Shown here one piece after another: positions 23,742 to 37,600 of a stretch of DNA of 51,577 nt; position 1 is the first letter of the stretch; every line of letters starts with the position of its first letter. The stretch is taken from positions 2,393,764 through 2,445,340 of the forward strand of contig NC_069004.1 of NCBI RefSeq assembly GCF_001194135.2. Reading direction: 5' to 3'. The notes under the pieces are model-generated. The model saw only the letters and a list, made by a program, of their open reading frames with translations. It was not told the origin of the DNA and did no database searches. Origin of the DNA: Octopus bimaculoides. Taxonomy: Eukaryota. The position numbers and the translations under genes are program-made.

Positions 23742-24272
23742 NNNNNNNNNNNNNNNNNNNNNNNNNNNNNNNNNNNNNNNNNNNNNNNNNNNNNNNNNNN
23801 NNNNNNNNNNNNNNNNNNNNNNNNNNNNNNNNNNNNNNNNNNNNNNNNNNNNNNNNNNNNNNNNNNNNNNNNNNNNNNNNNNNNNNNNNNNNNNNNNNNN
23901 NNNNNNNNNNNNNNNNNNNNNNNNNNNNNNNNNNNNNNNNNNNNNNNNNNNNNNNNNNNNNNNNNNNNNNNNNNNNNNNNNNNNNNNNNNNNNNNNNNNN
24001 NNNNNNNNNNNNNNNNNNNNNNNNNNNNNNNNNNNNNNNNNNNNNNNNNNNNNNNNNNNNNNNNNNNNNNNNNNNNNNNNNNNNNNNNNNNNNNNNNNNN
24101 NNNNNNNNNNNNNNNNNNNNNNNNNNNNNNNNNNNNNNNNNNNNNNNNNNNNNNNNNNNNNNNNNNNNNNNNNNNNNNNNNNNNNNNNNNNNNNNNNNNN
24201 NNNNNNNNNNNNNNNNNNNNNNNNNNNNNNNNNNNNNNNNNNNNNNNNNNNNNNNNNNNNNNNNNNNNNNNN
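23742..24272. other. Assembly gap (others: 11504-11513, 25699-25708, 42535-42544, 42904-43810, 47746-48219)
   Basis: N runs. Confidence 1.
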
Positions 24273-24479
24273 ATCTAGGTCTCATAAAAATGGTTACATA
24301 CATACATACATGCATATATATATATATATATATCCCATGGTAGTGCTCCAGTATGATTGCAGCCACTTGGCTGAAACAAGTAAAAGAGTATATATATATG
24401 TGTGTGTGTGTGTGTATGTGTCACAGGCTTCTACACAGTTTCCGTCTACCAGATTCACTAGACATTGCTGGGTCTGGGG

Positions 24480-24840
24480 CCAGAAACAGCTACACGATCA
24501 GCTGAAAGCATATCAAGAATGGTAAAAGTACCACTACGAGGTAGAGAGTTACCTCCCTTGATTCTCAGTTGCCTAATCAGTTGACAATATGACCGCATCA
24601 GATGGAAGACAGTATCGACGAAATCACCGTCATCTGCGGACATCTGTTGAGAAACCAACAGCTCAACCAAATGGAGAATGTAAAGAGACAGTGAACTGTG
24701 ATACGGAGGAGTGTGAGACACTATCTGTAATCAAACTACGAGATCCGGATGAAAAATCAATAGCGATATCTAGATTGAAATCAAGAACTGTTCAATTCGA
24801 GAAGTGCTCCATGATTAAAGAGATTCATGAACTGCGTTAA
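24480..24840 (+). mobile_element. Degenerate gypsy integrase C-terminal fragment
   Basis: TASDGRQYRRNHRHLRTS resembles the T.DG..YRRNRRHLR motif at the end of gypsy integrases. The upstream frame QKQLHDQLKAYQEW*KYHYE resembles the Q..QK..YD segment. Confidence 0.5.
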
Positions 24841-25010
24841 TTACTAGAAAGCATATGTCATTATTTAAAAAAAAAATGCCATTCACGGGCAGTTACATCT
24901 AAAGAAGATATATTAATGGACTTTGAAGAAAGTTGCTTTATCAGAATGATAATGAATATATAATTGAGTTTATTTGAAGTTGATAATTTGGGTTCCAAAT
25001 ATTCTTTTCT

Positions 25011-25195
25011 ACTCTAGGCACAAAGCCCGAGATTTTGGTGGAGGGGCCCAGTCGATTAGATCGACCTCCCCGCCCCGTACGCAATTGGTACTTAATTTAT
25101 CGACCGCTGCGGAATTTGAATTCAGAACGAAAAGACAAACGAAATACCGCTAAGCATTTCCCCCGGCGTGCTAGCGTTTCTGCCAACTCGCTGCC
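25011..25195 (-). mobile_element. SINE family A, young copy with 17-bp target-site duplication
   Basis: Perfect direct repeat TTTGGGTTCCAAATATT at 24987-25003 and 25197-25213; CpGs intact. Confidence 0.88.
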
Positions 25196-25260
25196 TTTTG
25201 GGTTCCAAATATTGCTAGGACTTGGATTTTGTGTGTGTATTGATTATATTAATATATCTT

Positions 25261-25448
25261 GCGGCGAGCTGGCAGAAACGTTAGCACGCCGGGCGAAATG
25301 CTTGCGGTCTTTATGTTCTGAGTTCAAATTCCGCCAGGGTCGACTTTGCCTTTCATTCTTTCGAGGTCGATAAATTAAGTACTAGTTGCGTACTAGAGTC
25401 GATTTGATCGACTGCCCCCACCCAATTTCGGGCCTTCTGCCTAGAGTA
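25261..25448 (+). mobile_element. SINE family A, young copy, head-to-head with the previous copy
   Basis: GCGGCGAGCTGGCAGAAACGTTAGCACGCCGGGCG...GAGTTCAAATTCCGCC... Confidence 0.88.
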
Positions 25449-25489
25449 GCAAATATAAAAAAGAATAATGCAATGTTTAAGAAGGGAGA

Positions 25490-25821
25490 TGTAATGAAAG
25501 TGACTTTACGTTAAAATGTGCACACAAAAGTGTGACGTCACGACTTTGTATGTATGACGGTGTAAAAAAAAAACACATAGTAATGTCTGCGCCCTGTGTC
25601 GTGCCATAATTTGATTTAAACGGCGACTTCTTTTAGGTGAAGTACGAAAGAAAAGCGGTAAAACGCGTTTTATAAAGGAAAAAAAAAAAAAAAAAAAANN
25701 NNNNNNNNAAAAAAAAAAAAAAAAAAAGAAACCACACCATGTAAATTATGACGTGATACATACAAACTCGTGACGTCACATTTTAGTGTACACATCTTAA
25801 CGGAAAGTTACTCTCAATACA
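25490..25821. promoter_or_regulatory. Inverted repeat (about 70-bp arms) immediately upstream of the TTLL12 ATG, with a CRE palindrome in each arm
   Basis: Core arms 25501-25559 and 25752-25810 match at 51/59. TGACGTCA at 25533-25540 and 25771-25778. CpG-rich context. Spacer contains poly(A) and a 10-N gap. Confidence 0.6.
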
Positions 25822-25839
25822 CGTGTTGGCAAGAAAACG

Positions 25840-28589
25840 ATGGAGATGTCCAGTGAAAATATTGACTTTGATTCTTTTAAGCAACTCCATGGACCTCAAC
25901 TGCAGACCGTTCCTGAAAGGTTTTGGGAAACATTATTCAACAAACTTCGTGGACAGGTAGGACATTTAAAATATTTGGTTTCACGCAGGTGCTTTCGTCA
26001 CATTCGTGTTTCCTCAGTACTTCTTTTCATGTTTGTTACATTTTATTTTGGTTATATCAAGACTTAAAAAGATAATTTTCGCTTGCAACTTAATGATACG
26101 ATCCTGGTGTATTCGACGCAGAAGCAGTTGTCACTTTCATTACGGCAGTGTTTCTTTAACCACTTTTCTTCGACGTCTCATTTCGTTCCTCTACCCAAAC
26201 AAAAAGACATCCCCAAAATTAAACTGTCTGTTTTTTTCTTCAATATAAGTTTTAATTACGGCCTTATTACAATAGCGTTCTCCCTCTTTTCCATCCAGCA
26301 GCTGTGGCGACAGGACGTTCTTTCAGGCTGTCCCAACTCGACCCCGACGTGTGGTCGAAGCTTCCTTTGGTATTCTAGCGGCATGCCTGTTTGACCCAGG
26401 AGCGAAACGGCTCTACAACAACCTAGAATAAATTATTGTTCTGTTGTTACCGTTATCCCTCGTGTTGTATTTCTGGATTTAATGATTAATATAAGAACTG
26501 GGGAGAGAGTGCCGAGTGGTCATATCTCATCCACTTCTTATAGGGTTACGCCGAAAACGAGTGGTGTGCATATTCTTTACCTCCGCCCGTTGGCCTATCT
26601 TGCGAGTGAATGTGGTGTGTTTGTCCCCCACCACTGCTTAACAACCGTTGTTGCTTTGTTTATGTCCCTGTAATTTTGGCAAAAGGGATCGATAGAATTA
26701 ATACCAGACTTAAAAATAAAAAAAGTCAAATGGATCGAGTTGCCTGCTTGAACTCATGAAAGTGCTGAATGTAGTGAGACAGTGTTGAAAAAGTATTAGC
26801 AAAAGAGAAAGAGGCAATAATAAAAAAGTGTTTGAGAAACTGTTTCGTATGCCAACTCTGCAATGCTTTGTATGTAGGGGAAAGAAGTCACCATTTGGGT
26901 AACTGATTTTATGAGCTTCTCCTTGATGTCTGTTACAGCAAATAATCATGATAATTTCTGTTTGAAACACCAGCTTAATAATGAGAAAGTAATTTTGCTA
27001 AATTCTTAATTAATTTTCAAAATTAATTGAAATGAAGTCAGTGTATTTCTATGGAAATATGGTAACGAAAGGGTTAAAGTGATCGAAATTTACAACATTC
27101 CATCAAAATTTCACATTAATTTATGCTCCAAACATCAGTTTAGTAATGATGGTTATTTTATTAAAACCTTTATTTTCAGAATTAAATTTGAAGAGAAATA
27201 TAGTAAAGCCATCAAATTCCTAATCTCCTGTGTAATAAAGAATTTAATCTATGCAAAATACTTCACATATTTCGTATTTTTTTCCTGCTAATCTTAGATC
27301 AAAACTCACTTATCTCTACCAAGGGAGTTTCTCCTCATTTATTATTAGTTTTCTTTTATTTGGTGTTGCTTATTACAATCAAAATTAACTATATTTAGAA
27401 AACTTCTTGAAAGTAAAGAGAAACAAAAAGACGAACAACCACAGCAGCAACAGAACAAAACATTGTGTTTCTGCCCTAATATTTGGGTGCTTGCCATTCA
27501 TCATCATCATCATCATTTACTGTCTGTTTTCTATGCTGGCATGAGTTGGACAGTTTTGACAGGAGTTGACCAGCCAGCGAGCTGTCCAGGCTCCAATTTT
27601 CTGTTTTGTTATGGTTTCTACGGCTGGATGCCCTTCCCAATACCAGCTATTTTGCAGAATGTATTGGGTGCTTCTTTTACATGGCACCAGCATCGGTGCT
27701 TGGTACGTGGCACCAGCATCAGTGCTTTATATGTGGTGTCTACATAGGTACTTTATATGTGGCACCAGCATGGGTCCTTTTTATGTGGCACCGGCATTAT
27801 AACCACTAAACCCTTCACATAAATGACACCAATTTAAAATCATCAATTTTATAAATTGTTACATTCAATGTAACAGGTGCAGGCACGGTCACGTGGTGAA
27901 GAAGTTTGCTTCAGAATCACGTGGTCATGGGTTCATTCCCATTGTATGGACATTGTCAGTGAGTGTGTTCTTCTATAGTCATGGGTTGATCAATGTCTTG
28001 TCAGTGAAATTTGAGAGATGGAAACTAGAAGAAGCCTACCATATATCACCATCATCATTGTTATGTGTTTCTTAGATCTGCTGGCAACAAGGGCTGGAAA
28101 CAAGAAGGGGCATCCAGCCATAGAGAATCTGTCTCAATTAACTTTGTCTGACCCATGCAAACATTGAAAAAGTGGACGATAAAATGATGGTGATGATGCT
28201 GTCTATATTCTTGTGTAAATTTAATTCTTCTCCCTTATTTTCTCTCATTTTCTGTTCTCGTTTCACAAGGTCTTTGATGCGGGTGAAATCTTTGCAATGC
28301 TGCAGGTAGATTACACTGAAGAGGAAGAGGAAAATGAGAAAAGCAGCAGACCCCTATGGAGGGTGGTCACACTTTCGGACATAGCAGCAGACGATGGAAA
28401 ACAGTTAAGTTTCTTTATAAATTCCATTATCAAATTAACTACACACACACACATAAAGAAAATGTAATGCAAAGGAATAAACGATCATCTTATGAACTTC
28501 ATTAGCTTACAGCTGTTTCTGCTACAAGATGCAGTGGACTCGTAGTTGAGTGTCTTGAGTAACCCCTTATAACTTCATTGGAGCCTCTA

Positions 28590-28624
<35 letters not shown>

Positions 28625-31576
28625 CAGGCACACCTAACCATATGTTGGTAATTGTTTCCAAGAAATTTGGCTCAACTTGAAAAATGACTTTATCACAATA
28701 AAGCATTTAAAAAACTTTATTGTCTTATATTTGTTTTAATAAATGATTTGTGCATATTTTCCCATGTATTTTATTTGATTTTCCACTGCAATATTGCTGT
28801 TTAGGTGTTTTTTCTTGTTTTAAAGTTTTTATGCTTTTAAATATGTTTACTGAAATTGAGGTTTATTTTTCTCATTAATTTCTTAAAGAAAAACACAAAG
28901 GTGAAATAGGCATAACTTGAAATGATGTAAGACTTCATGTAAGTATTCGGTTAACAGACTACTTGAAAGGAATACCAACAATACTTACTATCCATTAACC
29001 CAATTAATGAAACAAATAATGCAATGTTAACTAGTTAATTCATAATATTAATCACCCTGTGAATCCAATGTATGTACAAACAACTAGAAGCTGTGCAGAA
29101 GGAGGCGAGCTGGCAGAATCGTTAGCCCCCGGGCGAAATGCTTAGCGGTATTTCATCTACGTTCTGAGATCAAATTCTGCCGAGGTCAACTTTGCTTTTC
29201 ATCTTTTCGGGGGTCGATAAATTAAGTACCAGTTACGCACTGGGGTCGATGTAATCAACTTAATCCTTTTGTCTGTCCTTGTTTGTCCCCTCTGTTTAGT
29301 CCCCTGTAGGCAATACAGAAATAAGCTGTGCTTTTATCACAGTAAAATATGGATGAATAAGAATGAAGTTGACTTTTCAGTTGTGTGATGAACATTTCTA
29401 GGGGAATGGCTAATTATTGTTTATTAAAGGATTACATAATAGAGCAGAAATAACCAGGCCACTTCATCAGATGTGAATTGAAATATCAAAACACAATTCA
29501 GTCAAATTGTTGGTGGTGATGGGATGGGATGATGGTGGTGTCTGTGGTTTTGCTTGTGGGGGTGATAATGGCAGTGGCAGTGAGGCCATGATAGTGTTGG
29601 AGTGATGGTGGTGGTAGTGCTGGTGAGATGATGGTGGGCTGATGGTGGTGGTAGAGTGATGATGACTGGTGATGGGGGAAGTGGTACTGCTGGTGGGGGG
29701 ATGATAGGAGCAGTGGTGGTGGCAATAGTTGTGCTGGTGGGGGTGATGACAGCAGTGGTGGTGGTAGGGTGATGATGATAGGAGTGGTGATGAGGATGGT
29801 GGTGGTGGCTGATTAGGGACTAATAAAAAAAAAAATGCCCAGTACAATAATGATTACCCTGTATTCCATATTGTTGCAGCATCTACCTGATTGACCATGC
29901 CTGGACATATGATGTACAAGATGCTGAGAAGCATCTGAAGCAAATTCCAAGTCTTGTAGACAGAATGGCTTCTTTGATGAATATTCCTGTAGATGAAAAA
30001 TCCTCCGATGACATTATCCAAGAAATTCTCAATAAAATGTGGCTGTAAGTAGATTAATTCATTAAATCTTCATCGTTTGAATAGATTTTTCTGTAACTTT
30101 ATTTTAAATTTATTTAGTGTGACAAACTGGAAACATTGGTATGTTTACATGATGATGTTGGTGGTGGTGGCAGTAGTAGTAGTTTCTGCTGTTCCCCTTC
30201 CTTCCTCCGCATTATATTTTCTTTCTTCTTGGGGTTGGTGGCATTAGGGAAGGGTATCCTGCTGTAGAAACCATGTCCAATCAGATCGGAACTTGGTGCA
30301 GTTTCCCCCAGCTCTCAGTCAACCTATCCAACCCATGCCAGCATGGAAAACAGATGTTAAAATGATGATGATGGTAATGATAATTTTCTTTCATTCTTTA
30401 ATTTCCATCTTTCCATCTTCGTCTTTTTTCATTCTTGTTTCATTCATTCATTCATTCTTCTTTCATTAAATGATTATGATGAGGACACAACCAGCCAGCA
30501 AATGTAATGGACAGAATGAAGTTTAAGGTGTGAGATTAAGAACCTGTCTATGTTCGAAGGCTACCCTTACGTAGCTTCATGCATTAACAATTTTATGGTG
30601 GAAGAAAGGAATAGTGGTGATGATGATGTTGATGATGATGGAGGTGGTGGTGGCAGTGGGCTGACTGACTGTGATGATGAAGGTGAGGTAGTTGTGGATG
30701 CTTTGATAATGATGGGTAGCGGCAAGGCGGTGAGGTGGCAGAACCATTAGCATGCTGGGAAAGATGCTTTGTGGCATTTCATTTGAACATTGCTGGCCTT
30801 GTGCAAAAAAATTCGAAACCAATCTTTTGCATTAGTAAAATGGTAAACTGGCAGAAGTATGCTCAGTGGCATTTCATCTGTTTTTTACATTCTGAGTTCA
30901 AATTCCACCAAAGTCAGCTTTACCTTTCATCCTTTCAGGGCCAGTAAAATAAGTACCAGTTGTCTACTGAGGTCAATGTAATCAACAACATACACCTTCC
31001 CCTTAAATTGCTGGCCTTGTGCCAGAATTTGAAGCCCAATGAAGACTAGCTGTGGTTATAATGATGAAAAAGAAAATGTATTTAAATTCTGTTTTGGTTT
31101 TGATTTAATTTTTAATATTTTCCCCCTTTTTTCTTTTACTTTTCCAGATACAATCAAGTTTACAGTTTTGGTAATGAACCAATGGTAATTATATGAGACT
31201 TCTTTTATAATTTGTTTTTTAAAACCATGCTGAAGACTGAGGTTGTTTTGTAGGAAACTGCATTACAAGTATTTAAAAAAGTATTGGTTAAATAATGGGT
31301 GACCCCTTTCAGTCATGAATGACCATGGGATTGCACCTAGAAAGTTACCCTCCCAGGCACAAGCCTAGGCAAGGTTGTTTGTGAAGACCAGCAGTTGCCC
31401 ATATATACCAGTCTCCCCTCTCTACGCCACTGATGTTATCCAAGGGAAAGGCAAACGAGCCGATACAGCTTGGCACCTGTGATGTTGCAACTCATTTCTA
31501 CAGCTGAGTGAACTGGAGCAACGTGAAATAAAGTATCTTGCTCAAGAGCACTACACGCTGCCCAGTCCGGTGGGGT

Positions 31577-31616
<40 letters not shown>

Positions 31617-34600
31617 GACAGGCTTCCACACAGTTTTTGTCCATGAAATTCACTAATAGAGCATTTGTTGACTCTGAGCTATATTAGCGGGCTCTTGTCT
31701 TAGCTGCCATGTACTGGGACTGAACCTAAAAGCACATGATTGCAAAGTAAACTTCTGAACCACACAGCCATACCCTTAAAAGCCATACTTTAAAAACTAC
31801 TCCTAGATAGACATATGCACACACTAAAATTATGTTAACATTTGCATTACATTAATTGAATTTCTTTTGAAAATCTGCTTCTTCCTTTTTTCTGTAGGGT
31901 TCTGATGAAGCGATGCCACTTTGGTATATTATGGATGAATTTGGTTCAAGGATCCAACATTCAGATGATCCATCTTTCGGTGTTGTTCCCTTCTACTATG
32001 TTTTGGATCAATTATGTTATTCCGTCATATTTCCTCTTAAAGACCTGCAGGCTAAAGGTAATTGTGTTTCTCTTCTATTTTCTATCTGTAAAGCTGTTGC
32101 ATTTTGATGGACCAATGCTTGTTCAGTCCTTTACGAGCACAGGCATCGCTAGGCATAAGCATGACTGTGCAGTTAAAAAGCTTGCTTTCCAACCATGAGC
32201 TTTCAGGTTTGGTCCTATTGTGTGGCATTTTGAGCAATTGTCTTCTACTAAAGCTCTGGGCCAACCAAAGCCTTGTGAGTGGATTTGGTAGGCAGAAACT
32301 GAAAGAAGCCCATTATGTAGGTGCTGGAGTGGCTCTGTGGTAAGTAGCTTGCTTAGCAGCCACATGGTTCTGAGTTCAGTCGCACTGCATGGCACCTCCG
32401 GCAAGTGTCTTCTAGTATAGATGCTTAGTGGTATTTCATCTATCTTTATGTTCTGCGTTCAAATTCCGCTGAGGTCGACTTTGCCTTTCATCCCTTTTGG
32501 GGTCAATAAAATAAGTACCAGTTGTGTATTGGGGATGATGTATGAGGAGGTGCTGAAAAGTTTGTGGCTTTTGGATTAAAGAAAATCCAGGAGGATCAGT
32601 TAATATTGATTTTATTCAGCATATTCCCCCTCTCAGGTTCACACACTTGTTGCAACAGTTTTTCAGTTTTTCTAAGCCCTGTAAAAGAACTTGGAAGGTT
32701 CGGCCTCCAAGCAGGCCTTTCGTGATATTCTTAAAGCCTGGAACTTTTCAGCACCCTCTTCCTCTTGTGGCAAAATTCAAAACCAATATTTATATGATCT
32801 TTGATATTTATTAAATGACTTCCTTTTGTTTTTTTTTTCTCTTTGACACATTTTTTTAAGTATGCTTACATGTTTATATTTACAACTTCTTTACTATTTT
32901 TGTGGGTTGAATTCAGATGCAGTCTCAAGGAATTACGTTCAGAAACAGTACTCCGCTGTGGAGCATTCTGCTCGGCTCATCCCATGGCAATATACCGACT
33001 TAACCGACATTGATTACACTCCTAAGGAACCCTCTGATGCTTATTTTTATGTAAGTTCCTTCTTTTCTGTCCAGTGTCTTGGCCCATTAATCCTGAGTTG
33101 CCTTGGCAACCAATTTGATTGATTAAATGTCGTGCTTTTGAATTATGCCTCTTTACATTCTTTGTGTGAGATGAGTGGTTACAGCTGTTTCGATGCTGAC
33201 AATCTGGTATGGCTGGCAGAGTATTCAGCCTGTTTCGGGGGAAAGTATGTTTTTGGTACTGGAGCCAAGCGTGCATGCACACACACACACACACTTGCAC
33301 TCTCACACACATATGCACACGCCATTTTCTCCTTCCAGAGTCGATAAAATTAGTACCAGTCAGACATTGGTGTCATTCGCTGAATCATTAACACTTCAGA
33401 AACATTGTGTCACCTGGGATTCGAGTACTTTCATCTGGTACTCCAATACCCTCATTTGATACTTGTGTCCTCATCTGGTACTCTTGTATCCTCAGCCTGT
33501 ACTCCAGAAACTTCAGCTAGTACTTCAAAATGGTACTCCAATACCCTGATCTGGTACACTGGTATACTAATCTAGCACTTCAGTACTCTCATCTTGTACT
33601 CTAATATCCTTGGCTAGTACTATAGTACCCACTATTGATACTCCAATACTCTCATTTGGTACCCTGAACTGGTAGTCCAGTACTCTCAGCTTGTATTCCA
33701 TTGCCCTCAACTGGTATTCCTTTACCCTCACCTAATACTCCTCTCCAGAGCTGGTACTCTGGTACCCTAGTATCCTCAGCTTGTACCTTGACACCCTTAA
33801 CTGGTTCTTCCAGTAACTCTCACCCAGTTCTCTCATGGATGCTCTCTCATGAACCATTACCTCAGTCTGTTCTAACACCTTTGTCCAGCCATTCATTAAT
33901 CTATTGATGTATTTCTTTCTTTAGGAATATCGCTCTAAATTTACCCTTCCCGATAAAGATGAGGAACCTTTTGTGATGAACAAGAACATACTGAAGGCCT
34001 ACATAGACTATGACACTATGGAGGGCCATTTGACTGATCCACGTTTTGTTGTTGTTGATGACCGTGATTCAGCTGATATTTTATTTGTGAAAGAAAATTT
34101 GAAGAATTTTAAGTAAGTTGCTTCCAACACAAGCACCTTGTTAACTTCTTACTTCTCTCTTCATGTATAAATAGGTAAGATGGCCAGGTTGATGGAGTAT
34201 TATTCAAAGTTTCAAACCCAACCGTGGTGTTTTGTTGTCATTGTGTTCCTGGACAGAACACTTTAATTCTGTATATACTGGGAAGTGAACTCTACAACCA
34301 TTTGGTTTTTGGGTTCAATCACACTGCATGGTATCTAGGGCTGTCGTCTTCTACTATAGATACCCCTGGAGTGACCAAAGCCTTGTGAGTGGATTACGTA
34401 GATGGAAACAGAAAAAAAGAAAATTCTAATATCACGACGAATTGTTTTGTAACTTAAAAACATATAAATAATTTACATATTATATTTAATAATATATATT
34501 TATAGGAAAAATAGAAGCTGAAAATGCACTGAGAATTGTTAAAATATTTTTTATTAATATATTTAAAGTTTTAACTGGTTTCGCAGTTTACACTGATTTT

Positions 34601-37600
34601 CAAACACTTTCAAATAGAAAGACGTGGCTTATGTCGCAGCTGTCTAGCTTCTGACTAGTGTTTGAAGTTTGCCGTATTATTATAGGGAGTTCATGGCTCA
34701 ATTTAGTATATATTTTGAAGAGGATTTGATTGGTAGAGGATAGTCACATGACTGGTCTTAGAAATTTTTGTAAGTTCCCCACTACATTAGTGTGTTAGTA
34801 TCAAGTGACAATGTTTGGTGTCATAAGTTATGGCTGACTGAGCATGTCCAAACAATCAATGCTCTGAATGTTTTCTGTCAAGTGTTTGTAGAGAATGAAT
34901 ACATGATTAAGTTTATAACCTTTTGTACGTTTCCTGCTACGTCCATGCGTTAGTGCCACATGACAGTATATTTTGCACCTAAAAAGAGGGCCAACATGGT
35001 GGAGTGAACATGTTTAGTTATAATCAAGGCTCGCGAAATTTAATCTGACTGGTAGGAAAATGAACAAGAGTTGTTTGTATGTAGTCCAGTGGCTGAAATT
35101 TAGGTTGTTAGCTGTGTCTGGGGAGGGTCATATTATCTTAATGCCTTATTATCTAACACACTCACCGGTTTGATTTCCACTCATTATTTATAGTGGCAGA
35201 ATGAATTTTGTGTGTGAATAGTTATTTGTGTATGTACTCTGTTAAAGTTATGGCTTGGTTTGTACTTTTCTATGAAAGTGTTTTCTTTGTTTATCTATAC
35301 TTCATTTGTGGTATATATTTTATATATATATATACATACGTACATACAAAGCATGTGGTTATGCATATATTTATTTTTATTTTATAGAAATCTGCATCAT
35401 CTTGTCAATCAATTCCCAAACGAATCTCTTGTCACTGTAAAAGACTTGTTGGCAGTAACTGGACGACGATCTGGACTGGACCGTAAAAATGAAGATACCT
35501 TAGAATATGGACCATCATGGCTGCCCGTCACCTATAATCTCAATACTGAGTTACCTCTGTTTGTATCCTATTTCCAGCACCGAAAGAAAAGGTATATTAC
35601 TACTTTTGTTTGTCCATTGTGTGTCATTATATTTCAAGGTATGGCTGTGTGGTTATGAAGTTTGCTTCTCAACCACATTGTTTCAGGTTCAGTTCTACCA
35701 TATGGCATCTTGTACATGTGTTGTCTACTATAACCCCAGGTTGACCAAAACCTTGCTAATAGGTTTAGTTGATTGAAATTAAAGAAAGCCTGTTATGTGT
35801 GAGTGTGTATAATATACACGTGGCTGTTGTGAGGGGATTTAAAATTAACTCATCTTGGATCTATATGTGCAAATACAAGTTCCATAGTCTGGTTTGGCAT
35901 GGTTTCTACCGCTGGACGCCAATCACTTTACAGAGTGTACTGGATGCTTTTCACTTGGCTCCGGCATATGGTTTTTATGTAGCATCATCAATAAAAAGTG
36001 TGGAATGCTTATATCTGTGTGTGTGTGTGTCTATGCTCTTGTTTCACTACCATGTAGTGTCATTTGTTTTGTATGGTCTGACATAATACTCCTTTAGCCC
36101 CACATGTAATTTCAAATGTAACCTCATCTGTCTCCACTCATGTAGCTTCGCATAGTCTGACATCATGCTCGTTCAGACTCACATGCAGTCACACACGTAG
36201 CTTCACATGGTCCAAATGACCTGACAATGTTCGTTTAGCCTCACATGTAGTCACCCATGTAGCTTTTGATTGTCTTTCAGAAATCTGGATAACCTTTGGA
36301 TCTGCAAACCATGGAATCTTGCTCGTGCCCTTGACACTCACATAACTGACCAGCTCCCTTATATTGTCAGACTTCAGGAATCAGGACCCAAGGTGAGCAG
36401 AACGCTGTTTGTGTTTGTTTGTTTTCATCCATATATCTTCAATGAATACACCGTTTTATCCTCCACCCCTTCTTCCCCATTCCTGATAAAAAGTAAAATA
36501 AATACCAAGGTTGATACATTTGACTCAAATGTCTTCAAGGCAGTGTTGCCCCAACATGGCCACAGTCTAATGACTGAAACAAGCAAAAAGATATAAAGTA
36601 AAAGATTGTTGGTGAGGGGCAGGCTTGGCTGCATGGTTAAGAAGCTTGCTTTCCAACCTTGTGGTCTTAGGTTCAGTCCCACTGCACAATACCTTACTTT
36701 GGGCAAGTGTCTCCTGGCATAACTCCAGGGTCATCCAGGCTGTCACACTGCAACAAAGATTGGATCGTGTGGTGCTTTGATGTTTTTCTCTCTGTTGTTT
36801 TCATTTCCTTAAATGCATTTCTTTGTTTTTCTTCCTCTCCCAAACAGGTTGCTTGCAAATATGTTGAAGATCCATTGCTGATCCACTTTGAAGGTGTAGG
36901 ATCTGTCAAGTTTGACATCCGATATATTGTTTTGTTGAGAAGTGTGAAGCCATTGAAGTTGTATGCGTACCAATGTTTTTTCCTTAGATTCTGCAACAAG
37001 TAAGTTACCTTCAAAGTAAATACGCCACTTCCAGTCATTTAAAACCTATTAGAAAACATTACTCTATGTAAAAAGTAAGTGTAATCACGATAGTGAAAAT
37101 TTCCTACATGATTACGTAACGAAACGTGCATAAGAAAATAAAGTGCAAAATTAGCTTATGGGAGGCCCAACTTTGTTCAGAGGGTGATTTATTGAGACAT
37201 TTCAATTAAGAAACACGCATAAAAAATAGGAAAATTTCCAAAATAAAATCATTTAAGACATAGCGTCCAAGGGAGGTAAATCCAATAGGATTAGAGTTAT
37301 CTCCCTTTAGAGAATCTGCGCGCGCGCATACTCATGGACGCACACACTCACGCATAGAAAGAAAGAATTGTATATGTGTGTCTGTCCCCACCCCCTGCCA
37401 TCGCTTGACAACCGATGTTGATGTGTTTAGCTGTTTCGGCCAAAGAGACCAGGAGAACAAGCACTAGGCTTACAAAGAATAAAAGCCTGGTACTTATTCT
37501 ATCGGTCTATTTTGTTGAACTGCTAAGTAATGGAGACATAAACAAAGCAACACCAGCTGTCAAGCAGTGGTGGTGCTGGTGGTTGGGACAAACACACATT

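Noticed and set aside
29467-29847. His/Pro/Ser-rich antisense ORFs
   Set aside because: Products of the (GGT/GAT)n low-complexity tract.
34565-34612. Third hammerhead-like motif on the minus strand (TTGAAAA-TCAGT-GTAA-ACTGC-GAAAC-CA-GTT)
   Set aside because: Core CUGANGA has two substitutions and stem I does not pair; at most a heavily decayed remnant.
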